A model generated the notes under the pieces. That model ran no database searches. It was not told where the DNA came from and saw nothing but the letters and a program-made list of their open reading frames with translations. The position numbers and the translations under genes were made by a program. 10,016 nucleotides of DNA from a virus (lineage: Duplodnaviria > Heunggongvirae > Uroviricota > Caudoviricetes), in the IMG/VR virus record IMGVR_UViG_2529292830_000010. The stretch is one strand, 5' to 3'. Shown piece after piece: positions 6,802-10,016 of this stretch; the stretch's first letter is position 1, and each line of letters starts with the position of its first letter.

Positions 6802-7155
6802 TTGATTGAGTGTTTGTTATACGGTCTAATGGTTTTTTCAGCATTAAATATTTATCATTCATATGGTGTGGGTAGAGTGAATATTGATGAGGCGTCGGGG
6901 TGTTTCATCCTTAGGCAGCGTATTGATATAGTCAATGCAGGACGAGCAAAGGCCTTCAGCCGTTTGACAGTTTTGTTCTGTACTCCTGATCGTCTTTCGG
7001 GAAGAGACGTTATTATTCTGAATAGTGATGCTATACAGAGGGTTTGCGATGAGTTCATGGTTGCTAATTCAGAATTATTTGCTCTTGTTCAGGAGTACAA
7101 CAGAATAGCCAGGACCTGTGGTATGGATGAACTTCGGATTACTCATCTGGGGTAG
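6802..7155 (+). CDS. Hypothetical moron ORF (up to 117 aa; start uncertain among TTG 6802, ATG 6829, GTG 6865)
   Basis: Open frame in the AT-rich region downstream of the tRNAs. No convincing RBS and no family recognised. Confidence 0.3.
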   Translation: MIECLLYGLMVFSALNIYHSYGVGRVNIDEASGCFILRQRIDIVNAGRAKAFSRLTVLFCTPDRLSGRDVIILNSDAIQRVCDEFMVANSELFALVQEYNRIARTCGMDELRITHLG

Positions 7156-7548
7156 ATACATATCTGGATTATCACTTGTTACGGTAAAAAGTGATTGCTT
7201 ACTGTTTTTGTGAGTGGCATTGCAGCAGCCGGATAATGTCAGTGCTGGCTGACGGTGTACTGGTGGCGGGTGTGGTGGTTGTTGCTTTCCCGTTGCTGAA
7301 AAAGAAAACGCCAGACTGTTAGCCGGGTATCAGTTAGCGGGAGAAATTTTTAAATACTTCACAATTCAGGCGGTTGACTGTTGTCTGGTTTGCGGGGAGT
7401 TTGTTAAAAGAAACTGGCATGGTGAATCCCCCTGTGCGGAGGGGCAATCAGCGAGTAGGTATATGGGATAATCGCGGATTCAGGTGCTGGTACTGAATTC
7501 ACCGGGAGGCACCCGGCACCATGCAATGGCACATAGCGCCACTCTCCA

Positions 7549-7575
7549 GCCCCTCTCCGGAGGGGCTGTTTATAT
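7549..7575 (+). terminator. Rho-independent terminator (GC hairpin plus T-rich tail)
   Basis: Stem GCCCCTC (7549-7555) / GAGGGGC (7560-7566), loop TCCG, then TGTTTATATTGATTTTGT. Confidence 0.5.
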
Positions 7576-7602
7576 TGATTTTGTCAGATGTGAGTAAACT
7601 CC

Positions 7603-7938
7603 TTATGGACTTTGTTGTTTTAGTCCATAAGGACATATTTGCAGAGTGCAACGGTTATTAAAGCATTCATTCAATACGTTATCTGTATTTGTAGGACATT
7701 CCTGGCTGTTTTTGATTAAATTCCAGAATGTTTTATTGAATGGTACTACGTTGTAAATGGTTACAGGTAGCACTTTGTTATTGAGCATGATACCTGTGTG
7801 AGTCAGTGTAAATATACTTTCAGGAGGTAAGAAAGCATCCGATTGATACCAGATTATTAATTTTATTTTACTCCATATGACTGAAAAAGATATTCCGCAT
7901 GATGGCTGGATAACTGTATCAATCACAATCCACTTCAT
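7603..7938 (-). CDS. Hypothetical moron protein (111 aa), AT-rich, Cys-rich C-terminus
   Basis: Minus-strand ATG (7936-7938) with AGGAAG RBS. The stop is embedded in an 11-bp perfect inverted repeat (7601-7611 / 7622-7632). About 30% GC, unlike the flanking phage genes. Confidence 0.45.
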   Translation of the reverse strand: MKWIVIDTVIQPSCGISFSVIWSKIKLIIWYQSDAFLPPESIFTLTHTGIMLNNKVLPVTIYNVVPFNKTFWNLIKNSQECPTNTDNVLNECFNNRCTLQICPYGLKQQSP

Positions 7939-8183
7939 TTAGCTTCCTTGTTTATGCCTTGCTGGTGATGTTCTGAAAAGTATAAATGATATTTTTGAAT
8001 ATAAACCATAGAGCAGAATTATTTTTCTGATGTTGTTTATTGTTTATTTAAATGCAGGGTGGTTTATATCTCGTCTTGTAGTTTATCCATGCATATCTGC
8101 TTGATGATCAGGTTTCTATTTAAGGTATGGTTTTGTGTTTTTTCTGTGTTACATGTCTGGTATTTTAAAGAATTATTTTTCAG

Positions 8184-8387
8184 ATGGTGGAAAGAACCAT
8201 GGCATTTAAACACTATGATGTTGTCAGGGCGGCGCCGCCGTCAGATCTTGCGGAAAAGCTGACACATAAACTGAAAGAGGGCTGGCAGCCGTTTGGTAGT
8301 CCGGTGGCCATAACCCCTTATACCCTGATGCAGGCGATTGCAGCAGAAGGTGATGTGGTGGTCAGTGGTGCAACTGAGCCCGAGTGA
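8184..8387 (+). CDS. DUF1737-like small protein commonly found just upstream of lambdoid lysis genes (alternative start ATG 8199)
   Basis: ORF MVERTMAFKHYDVVRAAPPSDLAEKL... at the conserved position before the holin. GGTGG RBS fits the 8199 start. Confidence 0.65.
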   Translation: MVERTMAFKHYDVVRAAPPSDLAEKLTHKLKEGWQPFGSPVAITPYTLMQAIAAEGDVVVSGATEPE

Positions 8388-8630
8388 TACTACGTCATCG
8401 TACTGGCCCGGCATTCCAGGCCATAAAAGACAGTCTGGCAGTGGGACTAAATGTACTGACGCTGACGGATATTACCAAAAATGCAACGTATGGCGTTGAG
8501 ATAGAAAGTCTGGTGCTGGAGATAAATGCACCGGCATCATCATAAAAAGTGAGCCAGTCAAATGGAAGGTATCGTTAAACTCACCGGTAGTGTCAGTGGA
8601 TCGTCTGAGACGCTTGCATGAGTTATCAGA

Positions 8631-8660
8631 GCCATCAGTAGTTAACTGGTGGCTTTTTTA
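8631..8660 (+). terminator. Candidate rho-independent terminator upstream of the holin gene
   Basis: Stem GCCATCAG / CTGGTGGC (one G-U pair), loop TAGTTAA, then TTTTTTA. Confidence 0.35.
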
Positions 8661-8694
8661 TTGTTGTCAGCTTCCGGATAACGGGAGACGGGGT

Positions 8695-8910
8695 ATGGAC
8701 CAGATGGAAAAAATCACAACAGGTGTGTCATACACCACGTCAGCGGTGGGAACGGGCTACTGGTTCCTGCAGTTGCTGGACAGGGTTTCCCCGTCTCAGT
8801 GGGCGGCAATAGGCGTGCTGGGGAGTCTGCTGTTTGGGCTGCTGACATATCTGACTAACCTGTATTTCAAAATCAGAGAGGACCGTCGTAAGGCGGCACG
8901 GGGAGAGTAA
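8695..8910 (+). CDS. S: Phage-21-type class II holin (pinholin, 71 aa) with dual-start motif (Met1 and Met4)
   Basis: [71 protein letters not shown] is near-identical to the recalled S21 pinholin. GGGAGACGGGG RBS. The track ORF from 8590 is an in-frame upstream extension. Confidence 0.9.
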   Translation: MDQMEKITTGVSYTTSAVGTGYWFLQLLDRVSPSQWAAIGVLGSLLFGLLTYLTNLYFKIREDRRKAARGE

Positions 8911-8914
8911 TTCA

Positions 8915-9265
8915 ATGACTCAAAACTATGAACTGATTGTGAAAGGGATCCGCAATTTTGAGAATAAAGTTACGGTAACTTTAGCGTTACGGGACAAAAA
9001 ACGCTTTGACGGTGAAATTTTTGACCTGGACATCTCGCTGGACCGTGTTGAAGGTGCCGCGCTGGAGTTTTATGAGGCAGCAGCCAGAATGAGCATCAGA
9101 CAGGTCTTCCTGGATGTTGCTGCCGGGTTATGTGAAGGGGATGAGCAGTCGCCGGAAAAGCGCCCCGTAATTTTAGAGGCGCAGAATGTATGGATAACCT
9201 ACAAAGGAAAGCTACCGGGAAGAATTACTGGTTCTCTGAAGACTCCTCCGGAATCACAACCTTAA
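8915..9265 (+). CDS. Hypothetical soluble protein (116 aa) between holin and endolysin
   Basis: ATG 8915 five nt after the holin stop, with GGGGAGAG RBS. No TM segment. Not a recognised lysis-cassette component. Confidence 0.55.
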   Translation: MTQNYELIVKGIRNFENKVTVTLALRDKKRFDGEIFDLDISLDRVEGAALEFYEAAARMSIRQVFLDVAAGLCEGDEQSPEKRPVILEAQNVWITYKGKLPGRITGSLKTPPESQP

Positions 9266-9328
9266 GTCACTGACCGGAACAGATAAACCTGTCCGTGGGC
9301 AGAAACCGATAAATCCTGATAAATATCC

Positions 9329-9649
9329 ATGAACGCAAAAATCAGATACGGCCTGTCGGCTGCCGTTCTGGCACTGATTGCCGTCGGTGCGCCCGCGCCT
9401 GATATTCTCGACCAGTTTCTGGATGAAAAAGAAGGTAACCACACAACGGCATACCGCGATGGGTCCGGCATCTGGACCATCTGTCGGGGTGCCACGATGG
9501 TGGATGGAAAACCCGTTTTTCCCGGTATGAAACTGTCGAAGGAAAAATGCGACCAGGTCAACGCCATTGAGCGTGATAAGGCGCTGGCATGGGTGGAGCG
9601 CAATATTAAAGTACTACTGACCGAACCACAAAAAGCGGGTATAGCGTAA
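9329..9649 (+). pseudogene. R: SAR endolysin (phage-21 R-like GH24 lysozyme) truncated after about 106 codons by IS insertion
   Basis: N-terminal Ala/Gly-rich SAR segment (YGLSAAVLALIAVGAPAP). Catalytic spacing E-x8-D-x5-T in EGNHTTAYRDGSGIWT. Reading frame ends at a stop formed at the IS boundary (GCG|TAAGCG), roughly 60 codons short of a full lysozyme. Confidence 0.8.
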
Positions 9650-10016
9650 GCGACTCGTCAGAACCGTATTGATATTTACTGAGAGCTCAGATCAACTTTC
9701 CAGGGCAACAGATCGCGTACCCGGTTTGCCGGCCAGTCCTGGATATGTTCAATGACGTAACGCAGCCACTTTTCTGGCTCCACATTGTTCAGACGGCATG
9801 TGCCGATCAGCGAGTACAACACCGCCGCATGTTCACCACCGCTGTCGGAACCCGCGAACATCCAGTTTTTCCGGCCTACGGCCACTCCCCGTAAGGCGTT
9901 CTCTGCGATGTTGTTGTCGATTTCCACCCAGCCATTACTGCAGTACACGTTCAGTGCATCCCACTGTTTCAGCAGGTATGCGAACGCTTTTGCCGTATCT
10001 GAGTGACGCGACAGTG
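9646..10016 (-). mobile_element. IS66-family insertion sequence, one end only (element continues beyond window end)
   Basis: Terminus begins GTAAGCG at 9646 (characteristic IS66-family end) and the element encodes an IS66-type transposase C-terminus on the minus strand. Confidence 0.8.
9676..10016 (-). CDS. IS66-family transposase, C-terminal portion (N-terminus outside window)
   Basis: Minus-strand frame open to the window edge. Translation ...HSDTAKAFAYLLKQWDALNVYCSNGWVEIDNNIAENALRGVAVGRKNWMFAGSDSGGEHAAVLYSLIGTCRLNNVEPEKWLRYVIEHIQDWPANRVRDLLPWKVDLSSQ matches the conserved C-terminal region of IS66 transposases. Confidence 0.85.
   Translation of the reverse strand, partial: LSRHSDTAKAFAYLLKQWDALNVYCSNGWVEIDNNIAENALRGVAVGRKNWMFAGSDSGGEHAAVLYSLIGTCRLNNVEPEKWLRYVIEHIQDWPANRVRDLLPWKVDLSSQ

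Noticed and set aside
6493-7058. Minus-strand ORFs 6493-6780 and 6855-7058
   Set aside because: The first runs antisense across both tRNA genes; the second is antisense to the 6802-7155 ORF and has no RBS.
6700-7600. Shiga toxin genes (stxA/stxB)
   Set aside because: The Q-PR'-tRNA context is Stx-phage-like, but no frame downstream resembles StxA or StxB; the slot holds unrelated AT-rich ORFs.
8059-8694. Track ORF 8059-8262 (+) and the 8590-8694 upstream extension of the holin ORF
   Set aside because: 8059-8262 is an AT-rich out-of-frame overlap of the DUF1737 start. The holin begins at ATG 8695 (71 aa, dual-start motif, own RBS), so the extension is just open frame.
9254-10006. ORFs 9254-9442 (-), 9262-9603 (-) and 9785-10006 (+)
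   Set aside because: Antisense to the endolysin or to the IS66 transposase respectively.
1-10016. CRISPR arrays, integrase/attachment sites, and large defence genes such as RT, nucleases or ATPases
   Set aside because: No regularly spaced direct repeats with unique spacers, and no long ORFs beyond those assigned; the only multi-copy short repeats are the iteron-like array and tandem repeats at 168-253.

Overview
This window reads as a lambdoid prophage segment from an E. coli-like enterobacterium, laid out like the Qin prophage and Stx phages but without stx. All calls rest on reading the sequence and recalled protein families; no searches were run. Left to right: (1) the 3' part of a replication gene whose C-terminus resembles DnaT, carrying an iteron-like GTCACG array; (2) a nin-like block of small genes, including two paralogous genes that are both interrupted, two small very acidic proteins and a small 2-TM membrane protein; (3) a hok/mok/sok-type type I toxin module; (4) a rem-like ORF, a DUF968 (ydfU-like) gene with a frameshift in an A5 run, rusA, and a large Q antiterminator; (5) late promoter PR' with tR' terminator and two tRNA genes (Ile-CAU, Arg-UCU); (6) an AT-rich moron region of unknown function where Stx phages carry stx; (7) a DUF1737 gene, an S21-type pinholin, an unexpected 116-aa ORF between holin and endolysin, and a SAR endolysin truncated by an IS66-family element that runs off the window end. 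The best candidates for undescribed biology are the moron locus at 6700-8180, the ORF inserted in the lysis cassette, and the acidic-protein pair. The prophage looks defective (endolysin disrupted, several early genes broken).
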